A DNA stretch of 63,163 bases, filler included, from Octopus bimaculoides (taxonomy: Eukaryota): NCBI RefSeq assembly GCF_001194135.2. It is 4 parts of 4 records of this genome, joined end to end, with 100 filler letters (N's around TTAATTAATTAA, not from the genome) between each part and the next. Parts side by side here need not be neighbours in the genome. Positions count along the whole stretch, not along the records: positions 1 to 22,654 come from NC_068982.1; positions 22,755 to 41,988 come from NC_068981.1; 2 more parts are not named here. One strand, written 5' to 3'. The first letter of the stretch is position 1; each line of letters starts with the position of its first letter. This document shows, piece by piece, positions 13,880-28,256 of this stretch. A model generated the notes under the pieces. It saw only the letters and a program-made list of their open reading frames with translations, had not been told where the DNA came from and did no database searches. A program made the position numbers and the translations under genes.

Positions 13880-14620
13880 CACCTTTGACAGTAATTACAG
13901 CTTCAATTCTACGAGGTATGGACTTGCACAAATTTTGAATTTTTTCCAAAGGAATTTTTGCCCATTCTTCAGCTAAAATAGTCTCCAGTTCTTGTAGTGA
14001 TGATGGTGGAGGATATCAACTCCTTATTTGTTTTTCTAAAATGCACCATAAATGTTCAATAATACTGGGATCTGGGGATTGTGGCAGCCAGATAAGATGT
14101 TAAACTTCACTAGAATGTTCCTCGTGCTAGTCAGTAACAACTTTAGCTGTGTGAATTAGAGCATCATCACCCTGAAAGATTGTGTTTCCCTCCGGAAACA
14201 GTTCCGCAACCATAGGATGAATTTGATCAGATAAAAGGCTTAAGTAGTCTTGACTATTAATTCTGCCATGAAGGAAAACCATTGGGCCGGTGGATTTCCA
14301 AGATATAACCTCCCACCACCACCACCACCAGATCATCACAGATCCTCCTCCATGTTTAACTGCTGGAAGAATGCAGTCTGAGTCAAATGCTTCTTTTGGC
14401 TGTCACCACATGTATACTCAGCCGGTGGTGGGAAATGATGCGTCTGAGAAAATAACATTCTACCAATGCTCTAGGGACCAATTCTGTAGATTTTTACTCC
14501 ACTCTGGATGCTGTGCAACGTTTGTTTTTGAAAATAGTGGTTTTCTTATTGCAGCCTTCCCGTGAAATCCGGCTTTGTGCAGCTAAAACAGGGTTCTCGT
14601 GGTGGTCATTATTCTCTTCC
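13880..14620 (-). mobile_element. Tc1-family transposase fossil with DD36E catalytic spacing
   Basis: LHKAGFHG..IRKP; NVIFSD (D 14442-14444); VKHGGGSVMIW; FQGDDALIHTA (D 14166-14168); WLPQSPDPSIIEHLW (E 14055-14057). All three residues are in one frame, with internal stops. Confidence 0.9.
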
Positions 14621-14889
14621 GTAATTTTCGGAGCTGTGCTTTTGTGAGAGAAAATAATTTTCGAATGCCTAAAGTAGAGTGAAATATTTTATTGAAACTG
14701 AAAAAAAACTTTAAATATTCTTTTGTCAGTATTTCGTGTAACCGTTTGTCTGACGAACTGTTACATACGTACTTACAAACAAACATACATAGATATATGT
14801 ATGTATAAGGTATGCTCGTGTATGAGTTTATTTGTGCCTATGTATCTCTGTTTGTGTATGCATTATAATGGGGTTTACTTTTTTATTAT

Positions 14890-15090
14890 GCGCTGACAGA
14901 ATCTGTACTGTGTCGGAGAAAATACTCACCGGCAGTTCTGAGTTCAAATTCTTCTGGGTTCAACTTTGGCTTTCATCCCTCTAGAATCGATAATACAAAG
15001 TATCAGTCAAGGACTGTGGTCGATGATATCGACTAAGCTCTATTTCCCCCCAAATTTCAGGCCTTGTGCCTTTAGTACAAAGAATTATTT
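14890..15090 (+). mobile_element. SINE family A, near full length
   Basis: gttctgagttcaaatt...ctttcatcc...gtcgat...ccccaaatttcaggccttgtgcctttagtacaaagaattatt. Confidence 0.85.
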
Positions 15091-15386
15091 TGATGAATAT
15101 GTATTCTTTATTTTCCATTTATTTTCCCTAATGTATGTTTTCAGACATGTTATATTGTAGCCACGATTATTTTCGAGTGTCTTGTTTGCGTATTATTGCT
15201 CTTACTTCCTTCCTTGTCCGTCATGTTTATCTTCATGTCAACTTACCTGGATTCCCTTTATGGCCACTCTTTACCCTACGGACTTGGTCCTCGGTAAACG
15301 TTTCGGAGGGTAAATTCAAATCATTTCAGCATTACAAAATGTTTTCTCTTTTGAGAATCTCTGAATCTCATCTGTTGACTCTACAT

Positions 15387-15551
<165 letters not shown>

Positions 15552-15987
15552 TATATATATACACACGTATAAATGTATACATATACTTATATATATATAT
15601 ATATATATACATACATACACAGATACACAAATAAGTATATGGTGACATTTATATATATAAATGCCACCATATACATGCATGCGCACATGTACATATCTAC
15701 TAAAGATTGTTAAAATCATGACGTGACATCAAACGAAACATTAAACCTCATTATTAATTACATGTTAATTACGCCAGACATCATATGATGTCATCTGATT
15801 TAAGTAAACAAACTTAGTCACACTGTGTAGATTGGCACAAATGAAAACTGAAATTAATGAATACATTGTGTTATCGGGATCTGGAACACTGCTGTTTCGA
15901 GTTTTCGTAGATCCTACTCAGTAACTGTGTGCTTATGTCACGTGATGTCTGTTTTATGCTTTGACAATTTATAAACATTTCATTAAC

Positions 15988-16046
<59 letters not shown>

Positions 16047-16679
16047 GGAAAGTGATTGAAGTTAATATGCGTGTGTGTGTGTGCGCAGGCGTGTGTGCGC
16101 GTGTGCAAGTGTGTGTGAATATATGTGTAATTACATAGGAAACCCTGAAATAGAGAGCAAATGTAAGAATGGTAATACACATTAAAATTATAGAATAAGA
16201 TGGAAAATAGACATATGCAATCTTAAGGGAAGATCTGCGATGAACACGTGTCACACACCTGTAGCTGTCCGAGTCGTTAACTGGAAACAGAATTCTTTAT
16301 CTTCACTGCAGAAGAGCGCAGTGTCAACATGAGAGACTGTGAGAAAACATTTGTGAATATAACAACAGTTTTGGAGATGTTACATATGTGGAATTCATGG
16401 GGACTGGAGTTACAACTGGAAAGATGGTGTTAACAACGAATACAGACATAGCAGCAGAACAGCTGGAAAATATATAAGCATTATCACAGCTCTTCCTCAA
16501 ATAAATAGTAGGAAATATTTCACCAGTTTGCCACCCGTTAAGTTGAAATACCTGGGTGGAGAAATCATTGGTTTACTACATCAAGGGGCTTCACTTGGAA
16601 TTTATTGCTACAGTTGTTCTTGAGTTTCTTATTAGAATGTTTTTTATTACTATTATTTTTTAGTTTTGTAGAGACTACA

Positions 16680-17065
16680 GACTGGCTGAGTCGTTTAGGC
16701 GTCTGACGTAATGTTTTTATGTTACTTAATGTTCTGAGTTCAAATCATACCGATGCTAATTTTACCTTTTATCATTCTGGGGGTGATAGAATAAAGAACT
16801 AAGTTGTTACCCCTCCCCTCAAAATTCTTGATCTCATGTCTAAATCAAAAACCATTACTATTTCATAATTCATTTGTGTAGAATCGTAATAGGCGTCGAA
16901 TAAAATACCGTGCGGCATTTCCTTCAGCATTTTACATTGTGACATCGAATAATTCCGAAGATGAATGTGCCTTTTATTCTTTCAGAGTCAATGAAATAAA
17001 GCATCAGTGAAGTACTGGGATCGACCACTGGTCCTTAACCCTCCCATCAAAGATTGTGCCTCAAT
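16680..17065 (+). mobile_element. Two decayed tandem SINE family A copies
   Basis: gttctgagttcaaatc (~16731) and ttccgaagatgaatgtgccttttattc...tactgggatcgacc (~16950-17040). Confidence 0.65.
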
Positions 17066-19111
17066 TCTTTCGACATTAGGCATCAATTATTTTAACGATA
17101 ACAAAATCTTAATTATTGAATGACAAAGAAACGGGAATTTCAAAATCAACTGCATTAGCTTACGGCTGTTTCTATTGTAAGAAGCAATGCACTCAAAGCT
17201 TAGTGCTTCTGCAACATCTTATTACTTTCTCGGAGACAATACATAATATGAAGAGCTGATTTTTTCACACTACTGTATGAAATTTCAGATCTCCAGTCTC
17301 AAGTCATAAATCACTATTCAGTCTAAAAACGTAGTGCAACGTCTCTATGGTGGCATCGAAGATTACACTGTGTAACGTAGTATTTAGATACAAGGAATCT
17401 GAAAAAGAGGCCAGTTGGAGCATAATGGTAACGTATTTGATCTCATACATCTGTTCAACGGGGGCCAACTTTTGGATAAATACAAGCAACTATTATTATT
17501 CATATAGAGAGAAGAAAATTAATTGGGCTCTTACCCTGGACGAAGAAGACGAGGTCTTTGGTACTGTATAGTGTACATGTTTATGTATGTATGTGTGCGT
17601 TTATATATGCATATGCATACATACATACATACATACACACACANNNNNNNNNNNNNNNNNNNNNNNNNNNNNNNNNNNNNNNNNNNNNNNNNNNNNNNNN
17701 NNNNNNNNNNNNNNNNNNNNNNNNNNNNNNNNNNNNNNNNNNNNNNNNNNNNNNNNNNNNNNNNNNNNNNNNNNNNNNNNNNNNNNNNNNNNNNNNNNNN
17801 NNNNNNNNNNNNNNNNNNNNNNNNNNNNNNNNNNNNNNNNNNNNNNNNNNNNNNNNNNNNNNNNNNNNNNNNNNNNNNNNNNNNNNNNNNNNNNNNNNNN
17901 NNNNNNNNNNNNNNNNNNNNNNNNNNNNNNNNNNNNNNNNNNNNNNNNNNNNNNNNNNNNNNNNNNNNNNNNNNNNNNNNNNNNNNNNNNNNNNNNNNNN
18001 NNNNNNNNNNNNNNNNNNNNNNNNNNNNNNNNNNNNNNNNNNNNNNNNNNNNNNNNNNNNNNNNNNNNNNNNNNNNNNNNNNNNNNNNNNNNNNNNNNNN
18101 NNNNNNNNNNNNNNNNNNNNNNNNNNNNNNNNNNNNNNNNNNNNNNNNNNNNNNNNNNNNNNNNNNNNNNNNNNNNNNNNNNNNNNNNNNNNNNNNNNNN
18201 NNNNNNNNNNNNNNNNNNNNNNNNNNNNNNNNNNNNNNNNNNNNNNNNNNNNNNNNNNNNNNNNNNNNNNNNNNNNAATTAGAAGGACAGGCAAAAAATA
18301 GACGGGTCATTCGTGGTTTTCTTTCCTCAGTCAAGTCCCAGAAGTCACAACCATTTCGGGCAGTTACACTTGAGATGGTTCGATCTGGTTGCCCCCCCCC
18401 CCACAAAGTCTAAGCTAAGACCATTAGACCCCTTTGTGAGAAAGCTAGCGAATGTGTACGGCAACAAAGACAAAAGAAAAAGAAAAGAAAGACGGAGAAT
18501 ATGGTACACAATTATGAATGCAAACAAGAACTAACAACAGGTGTCTTTCGACTGAGAACGAATCAAATTGAGCTAGCGTGTATGAAGTGAAAGCCTAAAG
18601 GCAGGAACACGGGAAATGAACACAAGAGATGTTGGCGGTCGGCATTCAGGCCAAGAAAGAAAGATCATGGCTGGCCGGACATCGGTCACGTGGTAGGAGG
18701 AGAGATGGGTAGGGGACAGCGGGATTGAAGGATTAGAAAAAAAAATCAGAGACAAAGAGAGGCAAGGCAAACGTCTCAAGTCGTATACAATATTATTATA
18801 GGAAGAAATTTAAAATCTTACTGCCGTTTTTGGGATATCCCCGAGTATAGGTTATTCTGTCATCAGAGACAAATAGGGAAATACTAGGGAAATGCGAATG
18901 GTATATATTAATGTGATGACGACATAGAGGAAGGGAGTAAAAGAATAAGGGGATGGAAAGAAATAAGAAAAAAGAAGCATAAAAATTCATAGTTCAACTT
19001 TCCTCCATAACTACTGTCTCGGCTATAACCTTGGAGCCCTAGTAATCCGTTACAGCACTTACCTAGCGTACTTAATCGTTTAGATCACCTGTAATCTAAA
19101 CCTCCATACTT

Positions 19112-19176
<65 letters not shown>

Positions 19177-19479
19177 ATGTAGGCATGTGTGTATGTATAT
19201 GTGTGCATGTATGTATGTGTGTGCGAGTGCGTGTGTGTGCGTGCATGCATGTGTGTGCGTGTGTATGTGTGCATGTGTGTATGTGTGTGAGTGTGTGTCT
19301 GTGTGCGTGTGTATGTGTGCAGGTGTGCATGTGCGCCGGTTGCAATTCATATGGGTCGACATATATAGATGAATGAGCTTGCAGTATATAGTAGAAAAAT
19401 GGAGATTATCCATGGATATAGTTAGAAGTGGTCTTGACTAATTACGTAACACATGTTTATCAAAATATTTACATTTTCC

Positions 19480-19790
19480 GAAAATTATGAGTCTAAGTTT
19501 TTAATACAATGTTGCACAAATCTTCAAGGATAATGCTTCTCTCGGTTTGTGCAAAGATCAAATTTTTACTTTCTTTTCATTCCTTCTTTTAAGTTCTGTT
19601 TCTTCGAAGAAATTCCGTTTGATGTTATAATTGGAAGCAGTTTCCTTTTATGGTGCAAGAGTAGTCGGATACTTTAATAACATCTGTGTCTTCGATATTT
19701 CTAAAAGAGTAAATATGATTGAAAAACCTTTGTTTGAGCTCACCGACGGTCGTACCTGTAAAGCATTTATATACCATGTACTTGTGGAAG
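19480..19790 (-). mobile_element. Penelope-like element, GIY-YIG endonuclease C-terminal fragment
   Basis: GTTVGELKQRFFNHIYSFRN...VSDY..TIK and a later DLCT resemble the PLE pattern G.T...FK.R..NH..SFR....LS.YIW.LK...C.LC. Confidence 0.6.
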
Positions 19791-20350
19791 TGAATTTAGC
19801 TTCCTACTCGATGCTTCTGCATTACTAGATCCACTTGGTGGACATGAGTTGGCATGTGGTTATTCTTAAAATAGTTCCTGCCTCACACTCTAACTCACTC
19901 ACTTACTCACTCACTCACTCACTCACTCACTCATTCACTCACTCATAATTAAATGAATAAATAAATCAGCAGATAAAAAACTACCGAGTTATTAACGTGT
20001 ACTGATCTCCCCATTCATTGGTCCTTGCACCTCTCAAGGTCCAATCTAACAAATGTGCTGCGCCATCCTTCGGCTTTTACTACCGCTACTGCAATGGCTT
20101 CTGTTCATCAAGACTAATGGGTCACCCTCCACATCTACCCAACCACACCCAACACACATTAATTAGTTTTTCCAAATCTTTCCTCTCCTGAGTAACACTC
20201 CCCAGAAATTCTCGGTTAATATGCAATTTAGTATCATAAAAAGTGAAAGTAAATAGACCGGAAGTGACGACAATGGCATCCAATAATTTTATGTAAATAA
20301 TGTATGTATGCGATATATAGGACGTACTTATATTTTATATGATATGAAGA

Positions 20351-20401
<51 letters not shown>

Positions 20402-20454
20402 CACACATAACATGAAAATGATCACCTTTATGCTGGGTATAGGTGAACGTATGG

Positions 20455-20861
20455 GTGTGTGATTAAGAAGCTGTTGGTTTTGGGTTCAGTCTAACTACGT
20501 GACACTTTGGACAAATGTTTTCTACTATAATCCCAGACCGACCAAACCTTTGTGAATAAATTTGGCAGACGGAACTGTGGTAGCCTATATACATATATAC
20601 ATATGTATGTGTTCGTGTGTGTATAAATATAGGCGGTGCTCCAGCATGGCCGCAGTGAAATGACTGAAACAAGTACAATAATAAAAGCAATACATACAGG
20701 CGCAAGAGTGGTTGTGTTGTAGGTAGCTTGCTTACCAACCATTCGGTTCCAGGTTCAGTCCCACTGCGTGGCACCTTGGGCAAGTGTTTTCTACTATAGC
20801 CTCGGGCCGACCAAAGCCTTGTGAGTGGATTTGGTTGATGGAAACTGTAAGAAGCTCATCG

Positions 20862-20895
<34 letters not shown>

Positions 20896-21082
20896 CAACA
20901 TTGCTTGACAACCGATGCTGGTGTGTTCACATCCCTGTATTCTAGCTGTTCGGCAAAAGAGACCGATAGAATAAGTACTGGGTTTACAAAGAATAAGTGC
21001 TGGGATCGACTTCCTCGACTAAAGGCGGTGCTCCAGTATGGCCGCAGTCAAATGACTGAAACAAATAAAAAAAATAAAAGAA
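20455..21082 (+). mobile_element. Two tandem SINE family B copies (second is full length, 20699-21082)
   Basis: Head ggcgcaagagtggttgtg...ggttcagtcccactgcgtggcaccttgggcaagtg, internal (TA)/(TG)n, tail ...gctccagtatggccgcagtcaaatgactgaaac plus an A-rich end. Confidence 0.9.
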
Positions 21083-22754
21083 TATGTATATATGTAAAGT
21101 GGAAGAACCTATATATTTGATTTTTAATTGTTTTTTTTAGTTTTGTCATGAGTGCGAGCATATGTGTACGTGTGTTTTCGTGTTTGTGTTTATCCCCCCA
21201 CCCACCTTCCTTTGACAACCGGTCTTGGTTTATTGTCTTTCCATAATTTAGTGAGAGACTGGTAAATAAATAGCAGACTTATAATAAAAGCCAGGGTCGA
21301 GATGTTTAGAACGGTGCTACAGCATGACCGCAGTCCAGCGAATGAAATAAATAAGGCATAAATGTTAGTACGTTGCAATGGTGTGCCTCAGCTGCTATTT
21401 CTGAAATAGTTAAGGTATCACTAGAGGGCGCTCTATATAAATATGTGCTTGCAGGTACGGCATAATGAAGGGTCTCTTTATGTTCTCGTTATGGAATTGT
21501 TGGGTGTGAGTGTAGCAATTTACTTTCACTTTCTTCGGAGGCTAAACTGCATGTTAAGCGAATTCCCTTCAAGGGGCGTATCGCAACGACGAGGCTGTTC
21601 CAGACAAATATTAATCGAATCAATCGCACCAGTCGTGGAGAGCTTGCAGCAGAGACGATGGTCGCTGTCCCTCCCTTCTGAATAAACCAAAAAATCAAAT
21701 GACATAAGGAAAAAAAAAATAAAGAAAAGCAAAAGCACCAAATAAAAACACATTAAAAAAAATATTCCTAAAACGGTCGGAAAATAGCGTCAAAGCATCA
21801 AAAACACGAGAACGGCAGCAGCAACAACATCAAGAACAACAATAACAAGACAAACCAGGTGACAAACCACAACAAAAACCAAAAAACAGAAGCAACAGCA
21901 GTAACAACAACAGCAGCAGCAGCAGTATCGCCTGTCGCCAAAAGATTGTAGTGGCGTCGTTAATACGATAAAGTGAGGAGATGAAACGACGGCGGCGGCG
22001 GCAGCGGAGGTGGTGGCGGCGGTGATGGACTGTAAAGGCAGAAAAAACAAAAGAGGAGGATAGGAGTGGTGCTTGTGATTGGGTTTCAAGTACGTCTCGT
22101 GTGTGAATGAGTCCGTGTATGTGTATCTGCCTTTGTGTGTGTGCGTGCGTGCGTGTGTGTACGTGCGTATGTGTGTGTGTGTGTATGTGTGACTATACGT
22201 AGTGTCTGAAGTGTGTATGTATTTCTATGCTCTTGTATGTGTTTGTATGCGTTTATATGCAGTTGCATTTGTGTGTGTGTGTGTGTGTATGCGTGTGTGT
22301 ATGCATACATATACACATATGCATACATATGGGCGTCGTGTATGTATATGAGAAATCATGTGTGTACTTAATGAAAATACATATATATTTACACACACAC
22401 ACACATATATATATATACATAGTTCAAAACTTACTGTGTAAAGATAACGCGTGCGTTCGATCGTGTGATACAAACAATATGAGCATATCCGTACATATAT
22501 ATGCATATACTCATATATTGTTTATATATATACATACGTATGTATATATATATGTGCGTGTGTATATATGTATTTACACACACATGTTAAATATGTACAC
22601 ACATACGCTTTCACACACACATATATGCATGTATGTATATATATATATATATATNNNNNNNNNNNNNNNNNNNNNNNNNNNNNNNNNNNNNNNNNNNNTT
22701 AATTAATTAANNNNNNNNNNNNNNNNNNNNNNNNNNNNNNNNNNNNNNNNNNNN

Positions 22755-22833
<79 letters not shown>

Positions 22834-23459
22834 AACACCACAGGCACATATGTGTATTCAATACGATCTAGTTATAAGTAATAACCTCGTAACGCACATT
22901 TCTAAACTCTTGTACGGTTTTCGGATACCATATGGCCGGATAATTCCTTGATACCATATAGCCGGATAATACCATGTAACCGTATAATTTCTTTTACTGG
23001 ATATACATGTACAACTCCGTCAGTGGATACAGAATTTGTATAAAAATTTATCTAAGAAGATGGAATGAGCAATTGTTCTTGTCCATTTGTAACAGCTGAT
23101 AGTTTCTGAGTTCCCCATATGATGCTATTTCATGCACTACTTTATACAGTGCTATCAAAACCACATCATCTGATAACATGCCACTACTCAGCTGCCACCG
23201 GGTCATATGTAATTATTCATGAAATTTTTTTATGGAATAGTATTATATGGGAAACTTAGCAACCAACAGCTGTTACCACTGCATAGAAACAGTTGTTGTG
23301 ATTTGTAATTAAAGCTGTTCATTCCAATATCTTGTTTGATAATTTTTCATATGTATAATTTATTTACATTATAAAAGTAGAAATATATGTATATTTCTGT
23401 GTATATTTACATATAAATGTATATATACATGTATCTATGAGTACAATGTATATGCATCA

Positions 23460-23500
<41 letters not shown>

Positions 23501-23864
23501 NNNNNNNNNNNNNNNNNNNNNNNNNNNNNNNNNNNNNNNNNNNNNNNNNNNNNNNNNNNNNNNNNNNNNNNNNNNNNNNNNNNNNNNNNNNNNNNNNNNN
23601 NNNNNNNNNNNNNNNNNNNNNNNNNNNNNNNNNNNNNNNNNNNNNNNNNNNNNNNNNNNNNNNNNNNNNNNNNNNNNNNNNNNNNNNNNNNNNNNNNNNN
23701 NNNNNNNNNNNNNNNNNNNNNNNNNNNNNNNNNNNNNNNNNNNNNNNNNNNNNNNNNNNNNNNNNNNNNNNNNNNNNNNNNNNNNNNNNNNNNNNNNNNN
23801 NNNNNNNNNNNNNNNNNNNNNNNNNNNNNNNNNNNNNNNNNNNNNNNNNNNNNNNNNNNNNNNN

Positions 23865-23899
<35 letters not shown>

Positions 23900-24269
23900 C
23901 ATATATACACACGAACTTCATAATCTTCTGGTACCAAGAATGTCTTTCTGTCCGACTCTTCTGTTGTTTTATAGGGTATCTCCTTTATAGCTTCCATAGC
24001 TTTATATCTCTTCACACATGTATCTTATTGTTCAACAACGAAATATCTCTTACAAATGTCTTAATTTTCTTCTGCATAATTATCAATACTGCTATGATCT
24101 TGGATAGCTCCTTCTGGCTCCATTGTAGCAACCTAAATCCATTCAACATCTCCATGGCTTCCTTTACTAGAGTTGATATAAGTAACTCTAGTTGTTTTTC
24201 TTGAAGGTTCTTCCTAACAAAATGTAATATAGTGACGTTAAGACTTTACAGAAACGACTGTCTACTCGT

Positions 24270-24690
24270 ATTCCGCAATAATCTAATCAAAACCTTCAAA
24301 GAATTTAATCTGAAAATTATATGTGTAGTTAACTTCTTAGATATAACTTTAAAGCTCCGTTTATACAATAGTTGCCGAAGTTCTAGATAACGTTCATAAC
24401 TTCCCGAACCATCCTCCAACTATTTTAAGAAAAATTATTTAACTAGATTTGCCAACGGATTTCAAATATGTACTCCGAGGAAGAAATGCGGAATATTATA
24501 ATGGCGATTTAAAAAATTATATTCTAAGATAGAAAAATACAATCCCGAAGAAAACGGAACGAAAAACATGATGGATAACAAAGTTATTTGTTGTGACTTG
24601 AAAAAAGAAATGCTACTACTCTCTCAAAGCATATTTGGAACCTAAATGAAAAAGGTATCCACAAATTTAAGGTGAGCTGGACAGTTATCG
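24270..24690 (+). mobile_element. Penelope-like element fragment (RT thumb to GIY-YIG region)
   Basis: FKEFNLKII.VVNFLDITL, NHPPTIL and TTLSKHIWNLNEKG....VSWTVI are typical PLE motifs. Deletions and stops present. Confidence 0.7.
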
Positions 24691-24825
24691 AGACCTTATA
24701 GGAATGGATTAAAATTCCTTCTCTGTTTATATGAAAATATGCTACCACTTCACTTGTTAAACTCAAAGATAGAGTTGTCTCTTCTTGGTCACATCAGTGT
24801 AAGTACATCTTACGAACACACACAT

Positions 24826-24873
<48 letters not shown>

Positions 24874-24961
24874 TCACGCAGCACACACACACACACACAC
24901 ACATATAGATATATATGTTTTTATATCGGCATCTCGCACTCTCTCTCTCTCTCTCTCTCTT

Positions 24962-25018
<57 letters not shown>

Positions 25019-25829
25019 ACACACATATATACATACACACTCATCACCGTTATAGAACAGCTGCATATGTACTCATATATGCATTCGTCTTCATTTTGCC
25101 TCTCCATCTTATTTTCCGATCTGAACCACCCACCGTTATCATTCCCTAAATACCGTAACCGTGACAGTCTTATCACCCCTCACTCTTCTTATCACTCATC
25201 ATAACTTTACTTTAAAATATGTATCTCTTCTACCATGAATTAATTTTATAACTTTATTTTCTATGTATATATTTGATAAATGTGTTTTATATTGTTTTAG
25301 ATATTTTATTTTTTAATATTTTAAATTTATATAATATATTTTTTGCATGTGAGCTATGTGCATTTTTGTATTTGAAATTTTTTTTTCAAGAATGGTTACA
25401 TGTATGCCGTTGTGTGTCTGTATATTTTGCTCAGCGTACATGGCATATATGTGCGAGGGTTTGAAGTTGGGCGTATGTGGCTGCGTTTACAGCTTATGCG
25501 TATGTAATACAGTGGAGCTGTGTCAGCGTGCAAAACGAATGAGTATGTGTTCGTGTGTAAGTGTGTAAAATCTCATACGTGTGCATGTGCAATTAATGGA
25601 TATTGGTATATATGTATTTATGTGGTATATCATATATCCACGTATACTCATGCAGACACACACTAACACTTATACTTATACACACACACACATACACACA
25701 CACACTAACACTTATACTTATACACACACACACACATATATATATATACACGAATATAGCTTAATATGAATGTGCATACATACACACATATACAGACACG
25801 AATATAGCCACATACCTATCTATCTATGC

Positions 25830-25862
<33 letters not shown>

Positions 25863-25890
25863 TGTATGTATGTATGTATGTATGTATGTA

Positions 25891-25973
<83 letters not shown>

Positions 25974-26234
25974 TTATGTGCTTGTAATATATGTAATATA
26001 TTTATAATATACTATATAATATAAATATAGTATAATGTATATACAATATATATATATATATATATAAAATATAATATTATTAATGTAATATATAATATTT
26101 AATCAATATTATATATAATATATAATATATTATACATAAATATATATATGTATATATATATATTTGTATATATATAAGTATATATATATGTATGTATATA
26201 TATATATATGTGTATATATATAAGTATATATATG

Positions 26235-26289
<55 letters not shown>

Positions 26290-26291
26290 AA

Positions 26292-26325
<34 letters not shown>

Positions 26326-26759
26326 ATATATATATGTGTGCGTATATATTTGTGTATACACACATATATGTATCTATGTATGTGATTACATATGTATATA
26401 TATATATATATATGTGTGTGTATGTGTATTTATATACACATATACAGCTCTCTGTATGTGTATGTAAATCTTACTTTACACGTTCACAATATACCGTATT
26501 AGTTACATCTCAAAATTGCATACAGTGCTCAAGTGATATTATTGCAACATTTTATAAGCAGTCCTCGTTTTGTTTTTATTTAACAGTTTGGTAAGTACTT
26601 CGCAGGAAACTATAGTGCCGTAATTTAAAAAAATAGAAATATGCATCATCTTTCTCACACACATTGTATTTTACCGTTAAGATTTTAAAAATCAAACGTA
26701 CGTATATGTATTACATATATGTATATTCGTTCGTATAAGTATCGGTGTACATACACGCA

Positions 26760-26794
<35 letters not shown>

Positions 26795-27033
26795 GCCTAT
26801 ACACAGGTACATAAATGTGCGTGTGTGTGTATGTGTGTGTAAGGTGTGTGCATGTGTGTGTGTATATACGTATATATATATATATATGCTCGAAATGAGG
26901 AGTAAATAGACAGCCGGCAACTGATGAAGGGTCCTTTCTCTGTGTTAACTTGTCCTGTTCTCCATTTTTTCCTCGTTGTTTACATATTTCATGTTGTTTG
27001 AACCGCTGGTGACGTCCTGTACCCATATATGCA

Positions 27034-27080
<47 letters not shown>

Positions 27081-27334
27081 TATATATTATTTACTATATA
27101 TATACATACATGCATACATACATACATAGAAAGACATACACGCGCGCACACACATGCAAACACATGCACACACATACATTCACGCGCACGCGCGCACACA
27201 CACAACACACACATACGCACACATATTTATATATATGACTTCAGATACTCGTATAAACATATAACCATGTATCCGCACGTGTTTATGCATGTGTGAATAC
27301 ATGCAGAACATGTCTCACTCTTTCTCCTGCTCCA

Positions 27335-27448
<114 letters not shown>

Positions 27449-28052
27449 CACACACACAAACACACACACACACACGCTCACACACACACACACTCACACA
27501 CCCACACACCCACACACACAAATGTATATATGAATGTGCGCTTTGCTGTTGTTGTTGTTGTTGTTAGAGGCAGAATGTCGTGTCTATCTATGTTGTTACG
27601 AAATTTGCTTCATATTCATTTTTGGAATACAGTGTGTCGCGCCCCCAGAAGAATTGCACATCTAATACAAAAGATCAGTCTTTTCAATCTTTTTCACATG
27701 GTATGTCATGCTCAATAGGCCTCAGAATTACAGAATTATATTTGTATGCGTATCACTGAACCACGTACACGTTGGCTTAACGGGTATGTTGTTTAGTCGT
27801 TTCTCTCCCCAGCACACCCACAGGTCTATACACCAACTCACACATTCATTGTCATGTTAATATCTGAATGCCAGCGATAGTAGTGTATGGTGACCCTTTG
27901 TAAAACCAGTTGTTTTGAGACAAACATCTCATTCTACCTGATGTAGCAACGACTAATAAGAGTTTTTAATTCCTTCACTAATTCCGGACTTTTTCTCCTA
28001 TCTCTCTCCCTCAGTCTCTCTCCCTATCTCTCTCGTACACGCACGCCCGCCC

Positions 28053-28084
<32 letters not shown>

Positions 28085-28224
28085 TCATATTCGCTTTGAG
28101 TCAGTCTTATATACCCTCATTCTATCTCTAACACGTACACATATCTAAACATGCATGTATGTCACATTTTGCGTGTGAAACAAGACTATACAAGTTCCAG
28201 ATTAACAATGATATTTTACATCAG

Positions 28225-28256
<32 letters not shown>

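Noticed and set aside
15249-15372. Minus-strand segment bounded by cag and GTAAGT, resembling an exon
   Set aside because: Stops in all three frames from the acceptor and no SelJ similarity; a non-coding exon cannot be excluded.
20060-20150. FYRYCNGFCSS, reminiscent of a CR1/L2 C-terminus
   Set aside because: Too short to support a call.
22699-22710. TTAATTAATTAA palindrome, also at 42033-42044 and 52237-52248
   Set aside because: Always centred in an exact 44N+12+44N block with stops in all frames; an assembly join marker.
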